NCBI GenBank assembly: GCA_944387445.1
Contig: CALXEX010000004.1
Coordinates: 689-64,688, forward strand
Length of the DNA stretch: 64,000 bases
Direction: 5' to 3'
Origin: an uncultured Clostridia bacterium
Lineage (GTDB): Bacteria; Bacillota; Clostridia; TANB77; CAG-508
Shown: positions 39,717-48,373 of the stretch, one piece after another
Position numbering within the stretch: the first letter of the stretch is position 1
Layout of the letters: the number at the start of each line of letters is the position of its first letter
Program-made: the position numbers and the translations under genes
The notes under the pieces: model-generated
Database searches by the model: none
Told to the model about the DNA's origin: nothing
What the model saw: the letters and a program-made list of their open reading frames with translations, nothing else

Positions 39717-40355
39717 ATGAAAGAAACAAAAGAAACACGGATTGGAAGAGTAGAAAACAATGATGCCTTTATTATAGGTACCATTGAACAAAGCTTTGTA
39801 ACTGGAGAAATAGCTGGGGAAACATTCTATGCCACTAGAGTCTTAACAGAAAGGACAAGTGGTTATGAGGACAAAATTAATGTGCTTATCCCGGAAAAAA
39901 TCTTAAGTTCAAATATAACTGTAGGCAAAAAAATAAAAATAAAAGGAGAATTTCAATCAGAAAATATAAAAGATGATGATGGAAACTCACACCTTTTATT
40001 GTATTTTTTTGTAAAAGAGGTTGAAATTGCAAAGAAATTTGCAGTGGACAAAAACAATATATGTTTAAACGCATATATATGTAAACCTACAGTTTATCGA
40101 AAAACGCCATTGGGAAGAGAGATAACAGATATGATGGTAGCTGTACATCGGCCTGATGGTGAAAGTGATTATATTCCGTGTATCGCATGGAATATAACTG
40201 CAAGGCGATTATCCGGATTAAAACCTGGTGGTCGCATCAGAATTGTCGGGAGAATGCAAAGTAGAGAATACTTTAAAACACTCCCGAATGGAGACAAAGA
40301 AAAAAGGGTAGCCTATGAAGTCTCCATCAAAAGAGCATTTTTAGAAGAAATGTAA
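39717..40355 (+). CDS. double-OB-fold single-stranded-DNA-binding-like protein, paralog 1
   Basis: Two SSB-like halves. The second contains DYIPCIAW...GGRIRIVGRMQSREY...VAYEVSI, typical of SSB OB folds. No acidic C-terminal tip. Confidence 0.6.
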   Translation: MKETKETRIGRVENNDAFIIGTIEQSFVTGEIAGETFYATRVLTERTSGYEDKINVLIPEKILSSNITVGKKIKIKGEFQSENIKDDDGNSHLLLYFFVKEVEIAKKFAVDKNNICLNAYICKPTVYRKTPLGREITDMMVAVHRPDGESDYIPCIAWNITARRLSGLKPGGRIRIVGRMQSREYFKTLPNGDKEKRVAYEVSIKRAFLEEM

Positions 40356-40422
40356 GCAAAAGAAAAATCTTCTATTATCAAAACGCATTAAAACAAAAAA
40401 CAAAAAACAGGAGGAAAAGCAA

Positions 40423-41067
40423 ATGATGAAGAAAAAAAGACCATCACGGAGGGGAATGGCGAAAAACAATCAAGTAGTTATCGTAGGAAGGATTAAAGAA
40501 GAATTTTCCTTTGATCACAAATGGAAAGGAGAAGAGTTCTATGTAACAACGGTCGCCGTAAGGCGCGATAAAGACAGTGTGGACACAATTCCACTCATGA
40601 TAACGAAAAAAATGAAAGATGAAAAATTTTCTGGCAAAGAATATGTCAGAAAAAAGGTCGAAATAATAGGCCAATTCCGGTCTTACAACAAATGGGGAAA
40701 CGATAGAAAATCCCATTTGAAATTATTCTGCTTTGTCGAAAAAATTGACTTTGTCAATCTCGACGTAGATGATAAAAATGAAATTTTTTTGAGAGGATTT
40801 ATCTGTAAAAAACCAGTGTATCGAATAACTCCAAAATCAAAAAGTCCGATATCAGACCTTCTGATTGCAGTTAATCGAAAGCTGGGAAAATCAGATTATC
40901 TCCCATGCATTGCATGGGATGAAAATGCTGTAAGTGCAGGCATAATGGACGTCGGAGACTGCATAGAAATAACAGGCAGAATCCAGAGTAGAATGTATCC
41001 GAAAGATGGTGAATGGAAAGTGGCTTATGAGATTTCCATCATCAGAATGAAGAAAATAGAAGAATAA
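40423..41067 (+). CDS. double-OB-fold single-stranded-DNA-binding-like protein, paralog 2
   Basis: Alignable with paralog 1 (EEFYVTTV, SHLKLFCFV, SDYLPCIAW, GRIQSRMY, KVAYEISI). Confidence 0.6.
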   Translation: MMKKKRPSRRGMAKNNQVVIVGRIKEEFSFDHKWKGEEFYVTTVAVRRDKDSVDTIPLMITKKMKDEKFSGKEYVRKKVEIIGQFRSYNKWGNDRKSHLKLFCFVEKIDFVNLDVDDKNEIFLRGFICKKPVYRITPKSKSPISDLLIAVNRKLGKSDYLPCIAWDENAVSAGIMDVGDCIEITGRIQSRMYPKDGEWKVAYEISIIRMKKIEE

Positions 41068-41075
41068 GCTTGAGT

Positions 41076-41099
41076 GCAGAGAGACCGCAGGGTCTCTCT
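41076..41099 (+). terminator. G+C-rich hairpin after the second SSB-like gene
   Basis: cagagagacc-gcag-ggtctctctg. Only a weak T tract follows. Confidence 0.55.
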
Positions 41100-41152
41100 G
41101 TTAACATTTTAAGGAATTAAACCACAAATCTATAAAAATTTGTAAATGCATA

Positions 41153-41181
41153 TTGAAAAAATTGAAAGGAAACTATATAAT
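41153..41181 (+). promoter_or_regulatory. sigma-A-type promoter of the FtsZ-like gene
   Basis: TTGAAA, 17 nt, then TATAAT. Confidence 0.6.
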
Positions 41182-41231
41182 ACTAAGCGATACATAATAC
41201 AAAAGGAAATTAGAAAAGGAAGGTACAAAAA

Positions 41232-42221
41232 ATGATACAAATAGAAAACAAATATGGAAACAATTATGGAAATATATATGGAGAAATAAAAACATCGATT
41301 CCAAAAATAAAAGTTATTGGAATTGGTGGAGGTGGCAATAATGCCGTAAGACAAATGGTAGAAGATCAAGTAAAAGATGTTGAGTTTTATTTTATTAATA
41401 CAGAACTTGCCATGTTAAATAAAACAAAAATGGAAAATGTATTACAAATTGGAAAAGAAACGACAAAAGGATTAGGAGCAGGAGCAAACCCGGATATGGG
41501 TGAAAAGGCAGCAATCGAAAGCAAAGAAGATATCAAGAAATTATTAGAAGGAACACAATTATTATTCTTAACAGCAGGAATGGGAGGAGGAACTGGAACA
41601 GGAGCAATTCCAGTAGTTGCAGAAATTGCACAAGAAATGGGCATTCAAACAATTGCTATTGTCACAAAACCATTTCTTTTTGAAGGAAGATTGAGATCAA
41701 GTAGAGCAGATGTTGGAATTGAAAAATTAAAACAACATGTTAATAGTTTAATATTAATTTCAAATGATAAATTATTGAAATTGGCAGGAAGTCAAAAAAT
41801 GAGTGTCATTAATGCATTTAAAATGGCAGATAATGTATTAGAACAAGGAATCAAAAGTATTACAGATTTAATTACATCAGTGGGAGATATTAATGTTGAT
41901 TTTGCGGATATTACGACAATGCTAACATATAAAGGAATGGCATATATGGGAATTGGAGAAGCCAAAGGAGAAGGTAGAATGATAGATGCCGTTAACCAAG
42001 CTATTGATAATGCACTTACAGAAAACAAGATTGATAATGCAAAAGGTGTAATTTTTAATGTTAGAGGAAATTCAGAATTGGCATTAAGTGAAATAAATGA
42101 TGGTATTGGTAAAATTAATGACTTAATTAGTGAAGATGCCAATGTTGTATTTGGAACGATTACAGACGAATCTTTAGGAGACAAAGTTGTCGTTACTGTT
42201 ATTGCAACTGGTGTAGAATAG
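41232..42221 (+). CDS. FtsZ-family GTPase, globular core only (no C-terminal linker or tail)
   Basis: [10 protein letters not shown] (T1), [10 protein letters not shown] (tubulin signature), NDKLL and [19 protein letters not shown] (T7). The ORF ends at VIATGVE. Confidence 0.85.
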   Translation: MIQIENKYGNNYGNIYGEIKTSIPKIKVIGIGGGGNNAVRQMVEDQVKDVEFYFINTELAMLNKTKMENVLQIGKETTKGLGAGANPDMGEKAAIESKEDIKKLLEGTQLLFLTAGMGGGTGTGAIPVVAEIAQEMGIQTIAIVTKPFLFEGRLRSSRADVGIEKLKQHVNSLILISNDKLLKLAGSQKMSVINAFKMADNVLEQGIKSITDLITSVGDINVDFADITTMLTYKGMAYMGIGEAKGEGRMIDAVNQAIDNALTENKIDNAKGVIFNVRGNSELALSEINDGIGKINDLISEDANVVFGTITDESLGDKVVVTVIATGVE

Positions 42222-42266
42222 AATGTATAATCTATAACATAATTCAATAATTACTAATTTAAAAAC

Positions 42267-42293
42267 AGGATAGCCCCCTTCTAGGGCTATCCT
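42267..42293. terminator. bidirectional terminator between convergent genes
   Basis: aggatagccc-ccttcta-gggctatcct. Confidence 0.6.
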
Positions 42294-42316
42294 ATTGAGG
42301 TTTTTAGAGAATATTC

Positions 42317-43829
42317 TTAATAAAACTCTTTCAATTTTCTATAAACTCCTTTTCTATCAAATACAATCATAAAAATCAAATAAAATAAGACAAACAAAGC
42401 AATTTGAATAATTGTACTTAAGTTGAAATTTGAAAAAGTGATAGGGAATAGTTTAATTAGTATATAAGATACTAGACAAGCTAGAATAGGTCTTACAATA
42501 AATTTTTTTAAATTCACAGAATAATTGATTTTTTTCTTTAATTGAATACTACTAATGGTAAAATTTAAAAGTTCACTCACGAAAATACTCAAAATATATC
42601 CATACATACCCATAATCGGAACAATAAAAAAGATAATCGAAATCGTAACTAATAAATCAATAATGTTACAAACCATGACACTTACTTGTTCATTAATACC
42701 TTTTAACATATTATCAATAATATTATCGATATACATAAAAAAGACAAGAGGCGCTAATATTTTTATCCATTTTCCTGCTTCTATGGATTGATAAACCATA
42801 AGACTAATTTCATTGGCAAATATAATAAAAACACCTGTCACACAAATAGAAAAAATAAAGGTAACTTTAAAAATTGTATCACAAACGGTTTTTAGTCTGT
42901 TATAATTTCCACCAGCAAGCAATCGCGAAAATTCTGGAACCAATAATCCACTAAAAGAACCAATAAGAACATTTGCAAACATAATTACAGGCATAACCAT
43001 TCCGACTAATTAAACCATAGTTAGAAACAGCTAAAGAATAAGAAATACCAGATAATTCTAGTCGAATGGGAATTAGAAATTGTTTTAAAGAAGAGAGCCC
43101 AGAACGGATGCAAGAAGTTATACTAATTGGAAAAGCAATGGTAAAAATTTTTTTCTTCATTTGTACTGGTAAACTTCTTTTTGATATGTATTTTTTTCGA
43201 TCAATCAAATAAAAGATGATGTTTAAAGTAAAAGAGAACACTTCAGAAATGACATCAGCTAGGATAAGAAAAATACATATGGATTCTACATCTTTTGAGG
43301 AATTAAAATATAGTAAACAAATAGTAGTGATAATTTTTATACTAGTTTCTAAAATTTGTGAAATTGCACTTTTATATGGTTTTTCAACAGAAGAAAAATA
43401 TCCTCCAATCACAGAAGAAACTGAAATGAGGGGTAAGCCAAGTGAAATTAGATAAAGTGGAATTTCAGAAACCATGTCTTTTAGCCAAATATCAGAAATG
43501 ATAGGTGCAAATAGAGCAACAAGAAGAGAAGAAAGAATACCTAATAATATGGCAAATAGGATGGAGGTTTTTACAGCCTTTATGCCATTGATATAATTTC
43601 CTTTTGCAAATTCTTCAGAAACGATACAAGTACAAGCAATGCCAATACCAGAAGTAGCAACTGTGATTGCAAAATTATATACAGACATAATTAAACTAAA
43701 GATACCAATTGCTTCAGAACCAACTTTATTAGCTACATATATATTAAAAATTAATCCAATACCGCGCATGCTAAGTGCAGTTATAGTTAAAATAATGCCA
43801 TTAATAAAAAATAATTTTGTTTTTCTCAA
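42317..43829 (-). pseudogene. SpoVB/MurJ-type (MOP superfamily) polysaccharide or lipid II flippase split by a frameshift
   Basis: The N-terminal ORF (MRGIGLIFNIYVANKVGSEAIGIF...) and C-terminal ORF (MVMPVIMFANVLIGSFSGLLVPEF...) overlap at 42951-43000 in frames 1 nt apart. The probable TTG start at 43829 follows AGGTGA. Confidence 0.75.
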
Positions 43830-43936
43830 ACATATCACCTTTTTAATGATATTAAGGAAAAACAAAATTTATGTCCCTTTTGGAATATTGGGACCAGGTC
43901 CATTTAGACCCAGGAACCATTTGGACCAATTGAACA

Positions 43937-44659
43937 CTATTGTGTTTTTAAACGCATTAATGTGACATTAACCAAACCGTCTGTAACAGAAGATAAAATC
44001 TTTATATCATTTCCTGTATCATTTCGAAATTTAAAATCATAACTACCATAAGCAATAGCAGCGTCTTTACCATCTGGAACATATGGAACATGATTGCTAT
44101 GTGGATGTCTTTCAATGACAGTTAAATTAGAAACAGCTAATACAGCATTATATAAAGTACTACTAACTTGACAATTACCACCACCATAACCTTTTTTCTT
44201 ATTCCCATCATGGTCATAAATATCTGCTTCTAGATAGCCTTTACTACTTGTAGCAGGACCAATCGTATTACAAAAAGAAAAGGTTTCACCATTTTTTACA
44301 ATGGTTCCATTTAAGGCAGATGTTGTAATTTCCATATTTTTTGTTCTATTGGTATCAGAAGAATAAATTTTTGTGGAAAAAGCAGAAAGTTGTTCTTCTA
44401 TTGTTTTTGATTGATTATCTGTATTTGAAGTATTCTCAGAAGTTGTATTTGTGGTTTCATTAGTATTAGATGCATTCTCGAATGTTTCTTCTTTAGATGT
44501 ATTCTTATCATTAGCCGTATTACTTTCGGCTGAAGTTCTATTGGCTTCATAATTTGATTGATTATCATTTGTACTAGTATTTTGTACATAAAAATAGATA
44601 CCAATTCCAATTAGTATAAGTAGTCCAACAATGATAAAGATTCCTAGTTTTTTATTCAT
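43937..44659 (-). CDS. VanW-domain protein with N-terminal membrane anchor
   Basis: GETFSFCNTIGP, GGGNCQVSSTLYNAVL and ERHPHSNHVPYVP motifs. Asn/Thr/Ser-rich linker. Confidence 0.8.
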   Translation of the reverse strand: MNKKLGIFIIVGLLILIGIGIYFYVQNTSTNDNQSNYEANRTSAESNTANDKNTSKEETFENASNTNETTNTTSENTSNTDNQSKTIEEQLSAFSTKIYSSDTNRTKNMEITTSALNGTIVKNGETFSFCNTIGPATSSKGYLEADIYDHDGNKKKGYGGGNCQVSSTLYNAVLAVSNLTVIERHPHSNHVPYVPDGKDAAIAYGSYDFKFRNDTGNDIKILSSVTDGLVNVTLMRLKTQ

Positions 44660-44700
44660 TCAAATCACCAATTTTATTGTAACCAAAACTTTAAAAATTA

Positions 44701-44729
44701 TTGACAATTCACGAAAAAATATATATAAT
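44701..44729 (+). promoter_or_regulatory. consensus sigma-A promoter
   Basis: TTGACA, 17 nt, then TATAAT (both hexamers perfect). Confidence 0.7.
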
Positions 44730-44763
44730 TATATATGGATATTAAAGAAAGGAAGAAAAACAT

Positions 44764-44943
44764 ATGCTTGCTAAATATTGGAAAAAAATTGGAATGGTTA
44801 TTTTAATAGTAGCTTGTGTGTTTAATATCATGAATAAATTGGTGCATAAACTTTCACTAAACAGTGAAATGTTGTCTTCTGCACAATATATATATGACCA
44901 ACAACAAAATGAAACAAATAATAATGAAAATAACACAAATTAG
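44764..44943 (+). CDS. 59-aa hypothetical small membrane protein (below the ORF-track cut-off)
   Basis: ATG 7 nt after AAAGGAAG. One TM helix (IGMVILIVACVF). Sits directly behind the consensus promoter. The track lists only an antisense ORF here. Confidence 0.4.
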   Translation: MLAKYWKKIGMVILIVACVFNIMNKLVHKLSLNSEMLSSAQYIYDQQQNETNNNENNTN

Positions 44944-45021
44944 GTCTTGAAAAATAAAAAAAAATATGTTATGATTAAAAACAGTCGTATTATTTCAATT
45001 TAAGAAAGAGGTGAACAATCA

Positions 45022-45222
45022 ATGAAAGAAGGAATACATCCAAATTATAACCAAACAACAATCACATGTGCATGTGGTAATGTTATAGAAGTTGGTTCAA
45101 CAAAAAAAGATATTAAAGTGGATATATGCTCTAAATGTCATCCATTCTGGACAGGAAACCTAAGACAAGAAACAGCTGGTGGTAGAGCAGATAGATTTAA
45201 GAAAAAATATGGACTTGCATAA
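45022..45222 (+). CDS. rpmE: 50S ribosomal protein L31 (zinc-binding type)
   Basis: MKEGIHPNY, CxC...[10 protein letters not shown]. Confidence 0.95.
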   Translation: MKEGIHPNYNQTTITCACGNVIEVGSTKKDIKVDICSKCHPFWTGNLRQETAGGRADRFKKKYGLA

Positions 45223-45230
45223 GAAAAAAT

Positions 45231-45263
45231 AAAAGTAGAGAAGATTCTACTTTTTATTTTTTT
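45231..45263 (+). terminator. rpmE intrinsic terminator
   Basis: aaaagtaga/tctactttt stem followed by a T-run. Confidence 0.7.
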
Positions 45264-45269
45264 GGAAGT

Positions 45270-45306
45270 AATAACAATCCATAGGTTTTATCTATGGATT
45301 GTTATT
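45270..45306. terminator. 15-bp hairpin at the 3' end of the convergent minus-strand gene
   Basis: aataacaatccatag / ctatggattgttatt. Confidence 0.55.
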
Positions 45307-45316
45307 TTATATTCAA

Positions 45317-45985
45317 TTATTGATATAATTTTGCTATTTCTTTAGAAGTTAGCATATCATAAACTTTTAATCTTGTCATTTTACCAGATAATGGAGAGTG
45401 AAGAGAACCTTTAGGTGTTAAATATACTAAATAATTGTAAGAAGATAAGAATAATTCTACATTTCCATTATCATTGGTATCATATCCATATCCAAATTCA
45501 ATAAATTGATTATCTTGGTTTAAAGTTAATAATGTAACATAAGGTCTAAATTTATTATTTCTATCGGTAATTTCATAAGTTACGAGGAATATTTCATTAA
45601 ACAAAACACCTTCTAATTCAAAACTTTTAATATATTTAATATCTAATAGATTTAAAACTCTTGCTTCATCAGAAAGATACGTATATTCTGGTAAATCTCT
45701 TATAGGTCGTAAATCTTTTGTAATTAAAAAATAAGGATTTACAGTATTTCCAGATAAAGCATCAACAAAAGATTTCATGTCTAGCATGCCCCACAAAGAT
45801 AATAAATGTTTATCTATTTTGTCTTTGATATCTTTTTCTAGTAGATCATTTGTGTTCAATAATTGCAAATCTTCTAAAGAAATATTTTTATTTTCATATT
45901 TAGCTTGCTTATAAATTGTTTCTACGTTAGAAACACCTTTTCTTTTTGAAAAATTTGTTCTTAATAAAGAGTCAAAATCTCTCAT
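45317..45985 (-). CDS. hypothetical protein
   Basis: 222-aa ORF with GGAGG-type RBS (aaggaggatttt). No recognisable domain. Confidence 0.5.
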   Translation of the reverse strand: MRDFDSLLRTNFSKRKGVSNVETIYKQAKYENKNISLEDLQLLNTNDLLEKDIKDKIDKHLLSLWGMLDMKSFVDALSGNTVNPYFLITKDLRPIRDLPEYTYLSDEARVLNLLDIKYIKSFELEGVLFNEIFLVTYEITDRNNKFRPYVTLLTLNQDNQFIEFGYGYDTNDNGNVELFLSSYNYLVYLTPKGSLHSPLSGKMTRLKVYDMLTSKEIAKLYQ

Positions 45986-46113
45986 ACTTCTAAAATCCTC
46001 CTTGGTACATTTTTTATATATTATATCATTAAAACCAAAATTAAAAAAGATTTTACTGGCAATTTTCTTGCAAAAATCCCCAAAATATAATAAAATATGC
46101 AGATGATGGAGGT

Positions 46114-47529
46114 ATGAATGTGGATACAGTAAAAGAAGTAAAAAAACAAGAAGAATATATAGAAAAAGTTAAAGAATTGAATAAAGGAAAAATATTAAAA
46201 TATCATATTTTAACAATGGGATGTCAACTAAATGAAAATGATTCAGAAAAACTTTGTGGTATGTTAGAAAAAATGGGATATATAAGAACAGATGAATTTC
46301 AAGATGCTGATTTAAACCTATTTAATACTTGTTGCGTAAGAGAGAATGCAGAAGATAAGCTATTTGGAAAATTAGGAGAATTAAAACGTGTAAAAGAGGA
46401 AAAAGGAACCATTATTGCGATTGGTGGTTGTATGATGCAAGAAAAGCATATAACTGATAAAATCAAAGAAAGCTATCCTTTTGTTGATATCTTATTTGGA
46501 ACACATACATTATATCGTTTTCCAGAAGATTTATACAAAGCATTAATAGAAAAGAAAAAACAAGAAGATATTTTAGATATTGATGGAGAAATTTATGAGG
46601 GGTTGCCAATAAAAAGAGATAGCAGTATCAAAGCATCTGTTACCATCATGAATGGTTGCAACAATTTTTGCACCTATTGTATTGTGCCTTATGTAAGAGG
46701 AAGAGAAAGAAGTAGAGAACCAAAAGAAATTATTAAAGAAGTAGAAGAATTAGCAAAACAAGGATATAAAGAAATTACTTTATTAGGGCAAAATGTTAAT
46801 TCATATTTACGCGTGGAAAAAGAAAAAGGAAAACCATTTGAGGAATATGAAGGAATTCATTCTTTTGCAACCTTATTAAAAGCAATCAATGAAATAGATG
46901 GAATAGAAAGAATTCGATTTGTTTCACCACATCCTAAAGATTTTACAGATGATGTGATTGAAGCAATTGCTAGTTGTGATAAAGTATGTAAATTAATACA
47001 TTTACCATTACAATCAGGAAATACAAAAGTATTAAAAGAAATGAATCGTAAATATACCAAAGAACAATATTTAAATTTAGTAGAGAAAATGAAAGCTAAA
47101 ATACCAAATTTAACATTATCAACAGATATTATTGTAGGATTTCCAGGAGAGACAGAAGAAGAATTTGAAGATACTTTAGATGTGGTAAGAAAAGTAAGGT
47201 TTGAACAAGTATATATGTTTATTTATTCAAGAAGAGTGGGAACACCAGGAGATAAAATGGAAAATCAAATTCCAGAAGAAGTAAAACATAAACGTTTTGA
47301 TAGATTAAAAGCTTTAGTAGAAAGCCAAATCGAAGAAAATAATCAAAAATATGTAGGAACCATTCAAAAAGTACTAGTTGAAGGAATAAGTAAAAATAAT
47401 GAAAAGATGCTAACTGGAAGAACCGATAGCAACAAAGTCGTTATATTTGAAGGAGATAAGAGCTTGATTAACCAAATGATAGATTTAAAAATCGTATCAG
47501 AACATATGTGGTATTTAAAAGGAGAATGA
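46114..47529 (+). CDS. miaB: tRNA-2-methylthio-N6-dimethylallyladenosine synthase
   Basis: MTTase N-domain TMGCQLNENDSE / NTCCVRE / GGCM. Radical SAM CNNFCTYC. C-terminal TRAM-like VGTIQKVLVEG...LTGRTDSNKVVIF. Confidence 0.92.
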   Translation: MNVDTVKEVKKQEEYIEKVKELNKGKILKYHILTMGCQLNENDSEKLCGMLEKMGYIRTDEFQDADLNLFNTCCVRENAEDKLFGKLGELKRVKEEKGTIIAIGGCMMQEKHITDKIKESYPFVDILFGTHTLYRFPEDLYKALIEKKKQEDILDIDGEIYEGLPIKRDSSIKASVTIMNGCNNFCTYCIVPYVRGRERSREPKEIIKEVEELAKQGYKEITLLGQNVNSYLRVEKEKGKPFEEYEGIHSFATLLKAINEIDGIERIRFVSPHPKDFTDDVIEAIASCDKVCKLIHLPLQSGNTKVLKEMNRKYTKEQYLNLVEKMKAKIPNLTLSTDIIVGFPGETEEEFEDTLDVVRKVRFEQVYMFIYSRRVGTPGDKMENQIPEEVKHKRFDRLKALVESQIEENNQKYVGTIQKVLVEGISKNNEKMLTGRTDSNKVVIFEGDKSLINQMIDLKIVSEHMWYLKGE

Positions 47530-47545
47530 AAGGAAAATATCAAGA

Positions 47546-48358
47546 ATGAGGAAACCAAGACACATTAATGAAAAATTAGATTTAGGTGTAGATCCAGAAT
47601 ATGATGATGCAGTTGGAGAGCTAACACGTAATTTTTCACTGGAATTAGGGAAAAAAATAGGAAATCTATTTATGGAATTACATTTACAAGATCAGAATAT
47701 GAATGTAGACACTTATATGAAGTCCATGAGAGATATATTTATTCTTTTAAACAAGAGGAATAAAGGGATTTCACCTAAAAATGATGCTTTTATTAGTGAA
47801 CAAGATATATTGGAACTTGTGAGAAGATATCCTAGAATTTTAAGTCAGTCTGTCCTACAAAAAGTAAAGCCAAATTTAGACATTTTAGATAACTTAAGTT
47901 GTATGGACATCCAAAAAGTAAATCAATTAATAAAACAATCAAAAGGATATATTTTTAGTATAGGAGAAAGAAAGTTAAAGGAAACTTGCATATTTCTAGA
48001 TAACATATTTGTTCTAGATGAATTAGGAAGAAAAAGAAATGCTGTAGAATATATGTTAAGTGACTTAGGAGAAAAAAATCTACAAGTAAGTACAAAAAAG
48101 ATATATGCAAGATTGATGCATATTTGCACAATAAATCAGACAAATGTGATTTTGAAAAAGTTATTTGATTTTTGTTATAAACGAAATGAAGAAGAATATA
48201 AAGAAAAATATCATATGAGTCAAGAACAATTAGAAAATCAATATGTATTACCAGATGCAGAGAATATAGAAACTTATAAAAAAAGTATTGAAGAAAGTAT
48301 AAGTAAAATCATTCATCCAGAACATGGAGAAACAACAGACGAATTAAGATTGAAGTAA
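47546..48358 (+). CDS. hypothetical protein between miaB and mutS
   Basis: 270-aa ORF in tight spacing (16 nt after miaB, 15 nt before mutS). No recognisable domain. Confidence 0.5.
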   Translation: MRKPRHINEKLDLGVDPEYDDAVGELTRNFSLELGKKIGNLFMELHLQDQNMNVDTYMKSMRDIFILLNKRNKGISPKNDAFISEQDILELVRRYPRILSQSVLQKVKPNLDILDNLSCMDIQKVNQLIKQSKGYIFSIGERKLKETCIFLDNIFVLDELGRKRNAVEYMLSDLGEKNLQVSTKKIYARLMHICTINQTNVILKKLFDFCYKRNEEEYKEKYHMSQEQLENQYVLPDAENIETYKKSIEESISKIIHPEHGETTDELRLK

Positions 48359-48373
48359 AGGAGAAAAAAATAA

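Noticed and set aside
41792-42247. 151-aa minus-strand ORF antisense to the FtsZ-like gene. The same applies to the antisense ORFs at 49183-49590 (in mutS), 51616-52080 (in the NadE-like gene), 36307-36696 and 36961-37260 (in the PEP-utilising gene), 6023-6322 (in fabF) and 15500-15787 (in valS).
   Set aside because: All are embedded in strongly supported genes on the opposite strand, have low-complexity shadow-frame composition and lack translation signals.
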